Shown one piece after another: positions 1-11,640 of a DNA stretch of 64,000 nucleotides (its first letter is position 1; the number at the start of each line of letters is the position of its first letter). The position numbers and the translations under genes were made by a program. Source of the stretch: Octopus vulgaris (lineage: Eukaryota); assembly GCA_951406725.2 (NCBI GenBank), contig OX597825.1, forward strand, positions 50,468,001 to 50,532,000, written 5' to 3'. Below the pieces are notes generated by a model. The model was not told where the DNA came from. It saw only the letters and a list, made by a program, of their open reading frames with translations, and searched no databases.

Positions 1-410
1 ATCAAGACTCACTTCTATTCAGCAAGCTAGGATCTCTTATGACAACAAATACTCTACTGAAGTGAAAGAAATATTTTGTGATGTTCTGGTATGACGTGCA
101 GTGCAATGTAGTGAAACATAGGCACTGAACACAGGGTATGTATCAGAAGCTGGAAAGAAATAGAGTGAGTACAATCCACTGGATGTTTAAAGATAGTCTG
201 CTTAAAGGATGATGTACATTGAACTGAAAAAAAACTGGGTGTAATAGGAATGAGATATTGGATGTCAAAGAGAGAAGACTGCACTGGTAGTAACATATGT
301 ATTGTGGCAGACTGTTGAGTGGAAAGGATGGAAGGAAGGAAAGAAGGAAGTGAGGGAGAGATAGTGGTGATTTAGTGGCTACAAATCTCAAAAATATGGA
401 TGGCACAAAA
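1..410 (+). mobile_element. Highly decayed RTE LINE 3' coding fragment
   Basis: Broken translation gives CSET*AL...KLERN...IHWMF. This matches the post-RT region of the RTE copy at 16.6 kb (DTETWAV...KLARNEASMLHWMC). Confidence 0.6.
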
Positions 411-980
411 GTGAAACATGCAAGAAATTAACCATCCCTCATTCATTTTACTTTTGCTCCACCATGGTACCAGTGTAATGATAGCATTCAGACTGATTCT
501 TCCTTGATGGCATTTCATCTGCTCATCTTTCATTACTTGTTATCATTATCAGATTACCTCTCTCTCACCTACACCTCTCTAAAATTATCTCTCTTCCATC
601 ACAATACCAGTGTAATGAATGGTGATATCAAATCTATCCATATTCAGTAGTGTCACCCTTCTGTACCACTAACCATTGTTCTTCCCCCACATCACTCCAC
701 CACATCCACCACAAGGAACTCTTAATTCACAGCTATCACTCTCACCATTACCCATTACTGTTGCTACCCATATCTCTCACTCTCTCCTACCATGATGTAT
801 CTTTATTTCTATCCCATCTTCCTAATCATGTTTTTCCTTTAAGCCTCATTACCAACATACAGCTCTCACTGTCTCTCTTTCTCTCGACCCTTCTCCATCA
901 TCCTGCTTTCCCCCACCCCTCACTCACATACATAATGTCTATAATGTTTGCCTTATATAAACAGCAAATATGCAGATGAG

Positions 981-1029
981 AGAGGACAATTATGTCAAGC
1001 AGAGGACAATTATGTCAAGCAGAGGACAA
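981..1029. repeat. 20-bp tandem duplication (agaggacaattatgtcaagc x2.5)
   Basis: Two exact units at 981-1000 and 1001-1020, plus a partial third unit. Confidence 0.9.
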
Positions 1030-2959
1030 GGCAACTTCTCTGATGTTGGTTCCACAATACTCTCTGTAAATTAATTGCAGATTAAAAGAGACAGAAGAAT
1101 GTAGACAGAGAAGCATATGGTGACCTCACTAGTGCTGATTCCATGTCAAATAACACCCATTTGACTCTGTAAAGTGGTCAATGAGAGGAAGGGCATCCAG
1201 CTATAGAAACTAGGCCAAAAGTGGAATGTACAAATGAGATGTGATCTTCCAACTCATGTAAGACAGCAATAACTACTTAATATGACAAAGGTGATGAAAA
1301 GGTTGAGATCAACAACAAAGACAATAAAGACACATTAATAAATAGTAATAACAATGCAGAAGAACAAGACAGGATTCCTAACATATGGAGTAGTCAGAGT
1401 ATCTCACACACAAACCTGGATTACTGTGACACACTGAAAGCTTTCAGCTATGCCAATTTCATCACCCTCACATACTTCACATAAAATTTACCTTCCTCCT
1501 CAAGTGGTACTTAATAAAGTTAATGAGAGATTAAATTGAGAAGAGCTATGTACTCAAACCTTTCTACAATATCTATCATGTGAAATCTTTTACTGTTGCA
1601 TCAGGTAGAAAATTACTCTTTCTTCCTTGCCAAATGAAGATGATGAGTGGCTCATTATAATTGGTAGGCAGCTGGATTTCTTCCAAATATGATAACAGCA
1701 GTTTGATATAAACCCACAAATCAGCAATACAAGGACAGTAAAATAGTGTGTGTCAGACTATTTTGTTAGCCTGTGTGGACAGGTGGTTGCTTGTAGCTCC
1801 AACATGACCATGTTATTAGAGGTTATCTCATATAAGCAAAGCCCTATTGAATGCCAGGTTAAGGGATCTTAGAAATTGTTCATGCTACCTGACATAAAGC
1901 ATTTTAGAAGAGATTACTTAGATTATCAACATCCTCATCAACATCCAAACTTACTTCCATGCTATCATCAGTCATACTCCCCACTAACCTTGTACATAAT
2001 GTGACGGTTGAGTTTCCATTGACCACAGCCCAACTAGTAGAGAGCAATAAACACCTGACAATATTTTAGATGTTGAGCACCCCAAAAAATTGTCTGTGAA
2101 AGATGTGTTGTACGTACAGCTACCACACCTATACATTATCATCAGCATCATTCACAGTGTAATGATAAAAGGCAAGTCACAAATAGCAACCAAGGCTATC
2201 CATCATTGTTGTCCTTACCATAAAAGAACTTAACAGCGAAAGTGAAAACTAAGGCCAAATTAATTGATATTTCCATATTTAAATGTTACAAGAAACAGTA
2301 TGAGAAACTGGACAAATATTCTTAACAGCTTATTAATATAATTATTTAATTAATTATTTTTAATGGATTCTGCATTTCACAAGAATAAAGTGTAAAAACC
2401 ACTTCAACAGAATTCAATGACTCATCTGCTGAAATATAATTCTATTAAAGTTTAAAACTGTAACTTAAGTCACTGAAATATTGCTCGAAGAAGTGAGAAG
2501 GAGAAAAGACATAATGAATGATAAATCTGAAGACACTAGAGAATAAAGATAACAGTTCCTCAGAGAAATGAAAGAATATATTAGCCAAGGAATTGGGAAA
2601 ATAAGGAAGAATATGCTGGCCAAAGAACTGAAGGAATCAGCCGTTTGGTTGTTTCTTAATTACTAAATCTGATTAACAGACATAAATAAATACAAATTTT
2701 GCTATTTTCATGAAATTTTTATTTTCTAAGTTTTGTTTTTGCTTTTTTTTTTTAATTCTTAATTCCTCAACTCTGTTCAATGTTCAAATTGAATTTTTTT
2801 TCAAACAATGACAGATGTTAAAATGTTTTATTAATAATTAGTGCAGCTCCTAAGGAAAGACATTGAACTCAAATGACTTGCTTGCTAAAAGGTATTTTGG
2901 TACAGTGAACCAATGATTGCACTGGAAATGTATTTGATACTCACTTGTGTCAGAGAGAT

Positions 2960-3255
2960 ATTAATAGTAATTTAGTGATAACAGGTGATAACCACACACA
3001 GAGACAAGAAGTTATTCATAGTAAATTAGTTGAATACAGTTGAGCACTATAGAAAAATTAGTTGTTCATAGCAAATTAGTTGATTATAGGTGAGAAGTAT
3101 ATAGAAACAAGGAGTAAGAGTAAATTAGTCATTAAAGGTGAGGACTACTACATGGAAATGAAGAGTCAGAGTAAAATAACTTGATTTACAGGTGCAGAGT
3201 ATACAGGAACAAGTTGATTACAGGTGATGAGCACATACAAAACAAGTTGGAAAAC
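2960..3255. repeat. Degenerate ~50-bp minisatellite
   Basis: Recurrent motif (a)gtaaattagttgattacaggtga...atagaaacaag, about 5-6 diverged units. Confidence 0.55.
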
Positions 3256-3370
3256 AGATTTTTATCTCTCTTAGGAATGTGTAAAATTCTATTTCATTTT
3301 GTCCTCCAATTTCTGTCACTATTGATTAGAAATGGGTTTAAAAATGCACATTTTTAATGAAATGAATGTA

Positions 3371-3373
<3 letters not shown>

Positions 3374-3450
<77 letters not shown>

Positions 3451-3500
3451 GGGAGAGAGGGAGAGAGAGGCGGGGAGAGAGAGAGAGAGAGAGGGACAGA
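3374..3500. repeat. Compound (TA)n-(GA)n microsatellite
   Basis: Read directly from the sequence. Confidence 0.95.
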
Positions 3501-3689
3501 CAGATATATGAGAGAAAAATATTTGACATGATTGTATATGTGTGTGCTTATGTGTGTTCATTTGTGTATGGGCATGGATGTGTGGTAAAGAAGATTACTT
3601 CCTAATAACATGGTCTCAGATTTGGTCCTCTGCTTGGCAACATGGATAAATGTGCTATGTTCTTGAATTCCCAGGTCATGCACTGATTC

Positions 3690-5700
3690 TAACTCTGGGA
3701 TTACACTGCCCCTCACCTTGGTCTTATGTATTCTGATTGTAATCTATTTGTGGGCTGATGGCAGGGTGCTTGAAACTTTTCAGCATTGAACTGCATGTTA
3801 TGTTCATCAGTCCATTTGTGTATAGCATGCAGGTCATTTTGCAGTTTTACTATGCCATCAAGGTCCTTCACTGCCTGAGCTATTTTTGTATCATCAGTAT
3901 AGCTGGAGAGAGTGGCTGATTGTACAATTGAGGGTATGTCTGAGAGAGCCACTACAAACAGTAGTGGTCTCAGTACAATTCCCTGAGGAACTCCGCTGTG
4001 GAGAGCACCATTGGCTGTGACTTCTGTCTTTTAATAAGTCATGCAGCCACTCTCCCAGTTTTTCAATGATAGCTAGGTGGACAGAAACTGTCTTGTGTCT
4101 TTGGGAGCAAGTTATTCTCTTCCAGGAATGTGATCAATCTTCTTCTAACAATGCATTCCATGACCTTGCCAACATGTAAAGTCAGAGAGATAGGCCTATA
4201 ATTTTAGCATCTGCTCTGCTTCCTTTTTTATGGACAGAGCATATGATACCATCTTTTAACAGTTTAGGAAGTTTTCCACATGCAAGGAAACTGAAAAAGT
4301 ATCTGCAGTGGTCTTGCAAGAGCTTTCTTACATGTCTTCAAGAGAACAGACAGAAATCCATCCCGGCTCATTGCTGAGTTTCAGCTCATCCCATCAATGA
4401 CTGATATTACATCTTCCTTTTTTATGTCAATGTAATCGATGGTTTCTTTTTTCCATGTAGATCTGCAGTGTTGAAGAACTCTTTAGGCTCGCTTACTTGC
4501 CAGTTTCCCAGTGGAGAGGTGAAGACACTCTGGAACTGCTTATTTAGTACTTCACTTATCCTTTTGGATTTTGTACTAAGTGAACCATCTTCTTCAAGCA
4601 GTGGCCCTTTCTTGTGCACTGAGGCAGACTGTTTCACAAACAGGTTTTAGGATATATTTTTATATTTTCCACTGCCCTGGTTTCTCTTTCTACCCTTTCC
4701 TTTTCATGGAAGAGTCTGAGATTATTTTTGATCTCTAAAAGTCTCTCTTCTAGGAGGGATTTCTCACTGTCAATAAGTTTTTTAACTTAAGCAATTGGAG
4801 ATCTTTATTCTCTGTCTCATAAAGACTCTTCTGCATTGGGAAATGATGTTTTTGTATGGGCTTGCTCTCTTCTCTGGGACAAATTTAATGCATATGGCTT
4901 ACATTATCGACATGAATTCTTTAGGTTTCATATCAATGTCTTGCATAGAGACTTTTAGTCCAATTTTGTTGGATAACCCATCTTTCATCTGACGTCCAGT
5001 CAGCCTTGTAGAAGTTAGGGCTAGACTAGACAGAGTCTAGGTGCCATTTGTGTGGAATACATTATTAATTGGTTTTGGACCACACATCATCAGTTCTACT
5101 GTGTTGTGGTCTGAGAAGATTATTGGTGATATCTTTACGTTGTGGTTAAGACCTAAATTGTTGGTGAAATAGAGGTCTAATATGTTATCATTCCTGATTG
5201 AGGAGAGTACTGTTTGCTTCATGAACAGCATTTTTGTGAGATCAAGTAAAGATTCTGTTGGTTACATTCTTTCCATGTCATCCCTGATATTGTGTGGCCT
5301 ACAGGCCATTTGATGTTGGGTAAGTTGAAGTCACCCAATAGAAGTATATTAACACTTTGATCCAGCTTGTAAAACTTTCCTCAAATTTACCATCATGATT
5401 TGAGGCATCAGGTGGGCGATACAGTGTGCATACTATTGCATCAAGCTGCATAAAATGCACTATCAGTGTATCACAGACCAAGTTTGAGTGTGAGAACAGG
5501 TTTAGTGGCATGACATCTTCATGGATGTACAATGCATCACCACCGTAATTTCTTCCCCTTCTGTCTGCACAGCATATATTGGTATATTTATATCTGCAGA
5601 GAGATGTGTCTCTGCAAGTGCATTGCATATCCCTTGACTGTATGTAGAAAGATCCCTCAGGTATGCAATTTTTTTTTTTGTTGCTTTGCATATCACTTAT
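3690..5700 (-). mobile_element. Decayed APE-endonuclease/RT LINE (CR1/L2-group) ORF2 pseudogene
   Basis: Endonuclease motifs ALAETHL, GGDALYIHE, CTLYRPPD, RNDNILDLYFTN and FSDHNTV. RT motifs SGVPQGIVLRPLLF (~3950-4000) and SSYTDDTKI...LQNDLHAIHKW...MQFNAEK. Multiple frameshifts and stops. Confidence 0.85.
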
Positions 5701-5704
5701 TTTT

Positions 5705-6055
5705 TGCCTGTTTCGATTGTTACATTATGGCCATGTTGGGGTACCACCTTGAAGGGTGGTAGTCAAATGAACCGACCTCAGTAATTTATTTTTCCTTTAA
5801 AGCTTAGTACTTATACTATCAGTCTTTTTGCCAAACCACCAAATTATAGGATATAAACACACCAACACCAGCTGTCAAACAATTGTAGGAGACAAACAGA
5901 CACACACATACAGCAGGTTTCTTTCAGTTTACATCTATTAAATCTACTTATAAGGTTTTGATTGGCTCGAGGCTATAGTAGAAGATCCTTCAGGTGGGAC
6001 TGAACCTGGATCCATGTTGTTTAGAAGCAAACTTCATATAACACAACCAAGCCTT
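5705..6055 (-). mobile_element. tRNA-derived SINE, family A (old copy)
   Basis: Collinear with the better-preserved copies at 27170-27532 and 62710-63120 (tRNA-like head, ggaaactgaaagaag core, gaaacaagtaaaag-type tail). Confidence 0.75.
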
Positions 6056-6659
6056 CGACTATATATGTATATATATATATCCATAAAACCTCCTCCCATT
6101 CTACTATACTCCCTTCAGTCAAGGAAGCTTGAAAGTTACAAGATGATGTCACAATAGCTGGTGACCTGAAAAGAAAATTTACCCAGTACCCTCTATAAAG
6201 TGATTGGCTTTCAGAAGGGTATCCAACTGTAGAAACTATCATGCCAACACTGAGACAATGGAGCAAAGTATGGTCTTTCAAGCCAGTGGATCTCGTCAAA
6301 CTTTCCAACCCATGCCAGCACGGAAAGTAAATGAGAAATTTACATGACAAAGATGACATTGATATGTATGCATTTAGGTAAAGAAATAGGAGAAAAAATA
6401 CATATGTAAACAAAACACTCAGAAAGGCTTAAGTGTTTGAGGCTGGCATTTCACTGTCACCACTCAGATTCTAACTACATGCAAGCCTATATACATCCTA
6501 AGTTCTCAAGAAAAATTAGGGTTCGTGAAGCACATATATACATGTGTAAGAGAGAGAGAGTTGAAAAGAGACAAAGAGGCTGACAGCATGCCCGTTGCTA
6601 AGAGGGTGCACTAGGCGGCACTGTCCCTTCACTATTCGATGGTGCACCCTCAGACTTAC

Positions 6660-7517
6660 AGTAATACACTTATTTCGAAACTCCACTTCAGCATTATTAC
6701 AAAATAGTGCCGACCCATAATATTCTGAAGAATTTCCAAGCACCAAAGTCTGGCAACAGCCTCGCTGACTGACTGAGAAAGACCCAGTTGGCGAGAATTT
6801 TTTGAAGGGCTGAAGTGGACAATTTATCAGTCATAGAAGAAATGAGATTATGAAATTTGCACACCTGTTAATTTGCAGTAAAAACAGCTGAGAGCATAGA
6901 ATAAATAGATGGGGGGAAAAAATAGTCGTAGTTTAAGCAACCAATGAAATAATGCATGTATATAAAATGCTTAGCACAACAATAGCAGTAAAACAGATTA
7001 ATTAAACAGGTGGGGAGTGGATTAAACACACCTTAACCCTGTGGGATTAGAAATAATATTTTACATACAAAATCTAACGATATGATCACGTTTGGTTACG
7101 TGTGATGAGTAAGCTTTCTTATTAAACGTTAATTATGTAGTTGGTATGTAATAAGTTCAAGTTAATTACTTAGTTTAATTAGAGTTTACCAATGCTCTGA
7201 TGTGAATTAATAATAATAAACAAACCTTTGAAATTCACCTTAACACGTAAAATTAATATTACTTTCGCCAGTGTGTGTGTGTATGTCTGTGTATATATAT
7301 ACAGTGAATTAAAGTAGTTTGTGTGAGGTAGAGATATCCGTAGTAGGTTGTTTAAAGTTGGTCTCCAACGGACAGATGTTTTGATAATAATCACCTCTTA
7401 ACATTCCTTGAATTTTTTCTGTTGACAAGTTGATGCTTCCGCACACCACAAGTGGATCCAAAGAACGTAGTAAAGTTGTCCAGATAGGAACCACATACAA
7501 ACAACATACTGGAATCG
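6660..7517 (-). other. Candidate spliced exons 7395-7517 (123 nt) and 6660-6809 (150 nt) of an unidentified minus-strand transcript
   Basis: Acceptors ...gacattttag| and ...ctgataaattgtccacttcag|; donors AG|gtgatt and CT|gtaagt. Both lengths are multiples of 3 and both exons are open in the same phase-2 frame. Non-repetitive, CpG-retaining sequence. No recognisable homology. Confidence 0.3.
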
Positions 7518-7736
7518 CTAAAATGTCAACAAAAATTCTAAGGTGTGTTGTTTAATGTCTATAAAATATAGTACAAAATGGTAATTAACTCGGTTTCATT
7601 AATATTAGTAGTCACGTCAAATGAGATATTTGTAAATCGTGTGTAAAATGTAGCATATTGTTTCAATGTGTTTGGTGCCTTCTGTTTTGTACTGGAAGTT
7701 ATACTTTACGTATATACGTATACATTCGACAACTCA

Positions 7737-7767
<31 letters not shown>

Positions 7768-8543
7768 GATATATATACCTAGACAGACAGATAGATTAGA
7801 TAGAGCGAGAGAGATAAACGACTGCATGAGTACACCAACCCAGCTGATATCAACAGCACTGTAGAAAGTATAACATGGCAACAAAAACAAATGTGGTCTT
7901 ATCGCTGATGCCAAGCCACCTCATTCATTTCCCAAGGACACTTTTAGATAGAAGTTTAAATATATCATACATATGTGTGTGTTTGTGAGTGTCTAAGGAA
8001 AAGGGGAAACCTTGATCAACATACATACTTACAATGCGCCCGAGTCAGTTTTGTTGCTGTTGTATTTACTATATATATACGTCAGTGTGTGTTGGTAGTG
8101 ATAAAAAAAAAAACACAACTACTTGTCCAGCCATCACCAGCGCAACTGTCAACCACTTGACACAGACACAAAGCGATGTTGACAGTCCACCTGCCTCAAC
8201 CAATTAAATTTCCTTAACCACACACACACACTGAAATGCCTTCATCAAATTTCCTGACTTCTTTTCATTTTTCTAACCATGTAGAAAGTTTAGGGAAATA
8301 AAATGTACAGATTTCTGCACAAAACACCTGCGTAATATCAGAGGCATGGTAACGACAGAGGTAAGTGCTGACAAGACAATGGTGCATGGTTAAAGACTGG
8401 GCACTAACAGTTGTGGAGTATACTGACAAGGATGCTAACAACAGTACAACAGTGGTGAATAGTATTAATAAAAAGAATGTTGGGTTCTGACAGTAATAAG
8501 GGTGGTGTTGGCAGTAGTACTGTATTGTGATAAGAATAGGTGC

Positions 8544-8972
8544 CTGGACCGGATAAAGACCCATAGAGGCCCTATGCTCTTAAAAGATTGTGGTGCCCTC
8601 ATACATATGTAATTCAAAATGTAAACGTCAATAAACCATAAAATAAATGTTTACTTTTGATCATGAAACAAAACTAACTGTAAGATGGAAAATAATGTTT
8701 ATTTTCGTATACTTCCAATTGTATTTGAAAAGTTTCCACCAACGTCATTTTTTTTTTTGCCAAGTCATTCATCAGATCCTTAAAATTAATCTTACGTAAC
8801 AAATCAGCTTCTACACTTAGTAAATATAAGGCAACCCGAATATTATTTTAGCAAATTTAAAGTGATTTCTAACTGTACTGTAAGCCATTTATCATTTCTG
8901 TTCCCCCATCCCGCAGCTTCCCTTGATGTTCTAAGCACCTGCTTATTTTGCTTAATGGTTAATCTAGCGCTG
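8544..8972 (-). mobile_element. Non-autonomous hAT element (internal deletion derivative)
   Basis: TIRs ctggaccggataaa / (rc) cagcgctagattaa. 8-bp TSD ataggtgc (8536-8543) / gtaggtgc (8973-8980). Minus strand retains the hAT dimerisation-domain end LSVEADLLRKINFKDLMNDLAKKK. Confidence 0.8.
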
Positions 8973-9387
8973 GTAGGTGCTGACAATTGTGGTGAATGTA
9001 ATAAGGGTGGACACTGATTCAAGTGTATAATAATAAGAGTGGATGCCCACGAATGCGACGTATGATAATAATACGGGTGGCAACAGAGGAGAATAGTGTA
9101 CCAGTGTAACCAGTAATCCATTATACAATAGGCATAAGGCCAATAAATACAGTTTTTGAGAAGGATAATAGACATAGTCTATGGAATCAATCCACAGTAT
9201 ATTACTGGTACAGCTTTGAAAGTCAACGATGACTTGAGTATCATTTGAACCCATATTGGAAAGTATGATTTCCTGTCACCAACAATTGATCTTTAATAAT
9301 AATAATATCTTAAAAAAGGATTGACGTAACTCTTCACAAGGGTAAACAGTCAAGACGAAGAGTGCGATTCGATTGTAAGATATTTTA

Positions 9388-9430
9388 TTGAACGATATTT
9401 CAACAGTACGTCTGTCTTTGTCAAGTTCAA
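9388..9430 (-). ncRNA. Degenerate PLE-type minimal hammerhead (U3-A8 core variant)
   Basis: Reverse complement reads ttgaac-TTGACAA-agacag acgta ctgtt-GAAATATC-gttcaa, giving a 6-bp stem I and a 5-bp stem II. Confidence 0.4.
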
Positions 9431-9496
9431 AATAAGAAGTGACAAAGATTCAGAAATTTAAACGTCTCAATTTCTGATTCATATTTGAATGGCACT

Positions 9497-9720
9497 AATA
9501 ATAATAATAATCCTTTCTCCTAAAGGCACAAGGCCTGAAATTTGGGGTAAGGGGACTAGTCGAATATATCGACCCAAGTGTTTCACTGGTACTTAATTTA
9601 TCGACCCTAGAAATATGAATGGCAAAATCGACCAAGGCGGAATTTGAACTCAGAACAAGAAGATGGACGAAATGCTGCAAAGCATTTGGACCGGCGTGCA
9701 AACGATTTTGCCAGATCGGG
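9497..9720 (-). mobile_element. tRNA-derived SINE, family B, with (TTA)n tail
   Basis: B-box-like gagttcaaattcc and core ggtcga...ttcat...ggtcgataaattaagtaccagt. Same family as 12880, 44290, 45327, 51990 and 58620. An older fragment follows at ~9740-9870. Confidence 0.85.
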
Positions 9721-10034
9721 GGAATAGGCGGCAGCAAGACTTACTTTCAGATTCATGAAGGGATCTAAGACAAAGTTCACGTCAACAGGATTTGAACTCA
9801 GAACGTAAGGTAAACAACTAAAAGGAACAAAATATTTGCCTGGCGCTTCATCGAGTCACCTATCCAACTGTATTATTTTTATAATGAATATTGATTTCAT
9901 TATTTTGTCACAAGAGTGATACGAACATACAACATTACAACACAATCAATAAACAATAATATTCTGATGTAACATGAAACAGCAACAAATTCGAAAATAG
10001 CCTGGAAGCAGGTGTACGCACACACATACACACA

Positions 10035-10127
<93 letters not shown>

Positions 10128-10167
10128 CAGGTAAGTATATATATATATATATATATAGTCCAGGTAA

Positions 10168-10209
<42 letters not shown>

Positions 10210-10844
10210 TTACCTGGACTATCACGGTCAAATGACTAATAACAGGTGTGTATATGTGTATACGCATATTATATATATAATACGTATATTTTATATACTT
10301 ACCTAGAATATCACGGTGAAAGTATTCCAAGTCAGTTAAAATCGGATTATTTATTATAACAATAATTAGTCTGCAGTAGCTGGAAGAAATTTAACAAGAT
10401 ACATAATCTTCATTAGTAACAAGAAGTAATATGAAATTGACGGTATAGTTTTGAAACGGGAAACTAATTATGTGTCGCCTAAGCTCTGTGTACCAGGTGT
10501 ATTGGTGTAATTTAAGGTAACATCATCAACAAACACTGATCATATGTACGTCCTGTCTCTACTTAGAACAAGTTCAGTCAAGTAAGGTATTTCAAATATG
10601 TTGTCAGAGACAACAGTGAACATGTAGAGTTATGGTTCTTGTTGCACTCAATTGTTGGCTTAAAGTCGTCTTCCAACCACCTGTTTTATATTGCACACAC
10701 CTACGTGTGTAAGTACATTTACGTTTATGTGTGTGTACGTGGATAGATAAATAGATATAGATAGATATTAGTCATCAACAATGGACATTTTTAAAACGGA
10801 CGATATATAAACTTGTTGTGACAATACTAATATGAAGCAGATTA

Positions 10845-11640
10845 TACGAGGTTTGTACCCAAAGTTATACAAAAGTTGTCATTACATTTTTATCCACGGA
10901 TATAGGTCGTTCAGTTTCCCATGTCAGTAGAATAACTGTTCCACTATACAGGTACTGTATCTCCAGCTTAAATGATACTTTTGCATAAACATTGAACATT
11001 ATCTTTCGAATCCTCTTTGAAAAAATTCAGGTGTAGTCTTTTGTACTCACTTCTTCACAACCACTTTCACCTTGTTTGCGGGATCAAATCTTTGTCCCCG
11101 AACAATGTCCCTCATTGGACTGAGCAGAGGAAAACCGGAGTGTACCAGATCTCGGCTGCACAGTGGATTGGCGTACTACTGGTCAGCTACATTTGCAGAG
11201 TGATTTATTGCCAAACACCGTATGGTCGTGCGTTATTATGATGAATGTCTGTTGTTTTCAAATTCTTATTCGTTCTCTTTCTTTCAGTATCTTCTCTAAG
11301 CTATCTGAGTGTCTCAATATACTAGTTGCAGTTCACAGGGCAGCCACATTCCAGAAAATCGTGGAGAATGACACATGTCATCCCAAGAGACAGTCACATG
11401 ACTTTCTGTACTGATTAATGCTAGCTTTTGAACTTCTTAGGCCTTGGAGAAGAGATGTAACACTCCTATAGATTGAACCTTCGATTCCAGATCCAAATAA
11501 TATTTCCTGTCACCAAATCAAAAGAAAACTCGTCTTTGTTTGTTTCAAATGCTTCCAACAGATTACAATAGACTTCTCTACTTATCTTTTTGCCCACTTT
11601 GCACACATTTATCTTTTACCCAAAGTCTTCCATCTTCTTC
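10845..11640 (-). mobile_element. Truncated mariner transposase pseudogene
   Basis: TA-cgagg terminus at 10845. Minus-strand remnants LVTG..., HHNNARPY (HHDNARPH) and PLCSRDLVHSGFPLLSPMRDIVRGQRF (PPYSPDLAPSDFHLF..RG.RF). Confidence 0.75.

Noticed and set aside
3319-3605. ORFs rich in YI/RE/SL/HT/CV dipeptides here and at 9.9, 23.3, 35.0, 38.1, 50.0, 53.5-57.8 and 61.2 kb
   Set aside because: These are translations of (TA)n, (GA)n, (CA)n and (ACAT)n microsatellites that lack stops; they are not genes.
8346-8366. Plus-strand ATGG...GAG|gtaagt first-exon candidate
   Set aside because: The donor overlaps the local repeat unit gtgctgacaa, and no downstream coding exon was found.
8964-9254. Hydrophobic 96-aa ORF resembling a membrane protein
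   Set aside because: It ends in the hAT TIR and runs through a degenerate repeat; the reconstructed pre-insertion frame is low-complexity and stops soon.
10206-10217. U1 snRNA gene
   Set aside because: Only the first 12 nt match; the downstream U1 body and Sm site are absent.
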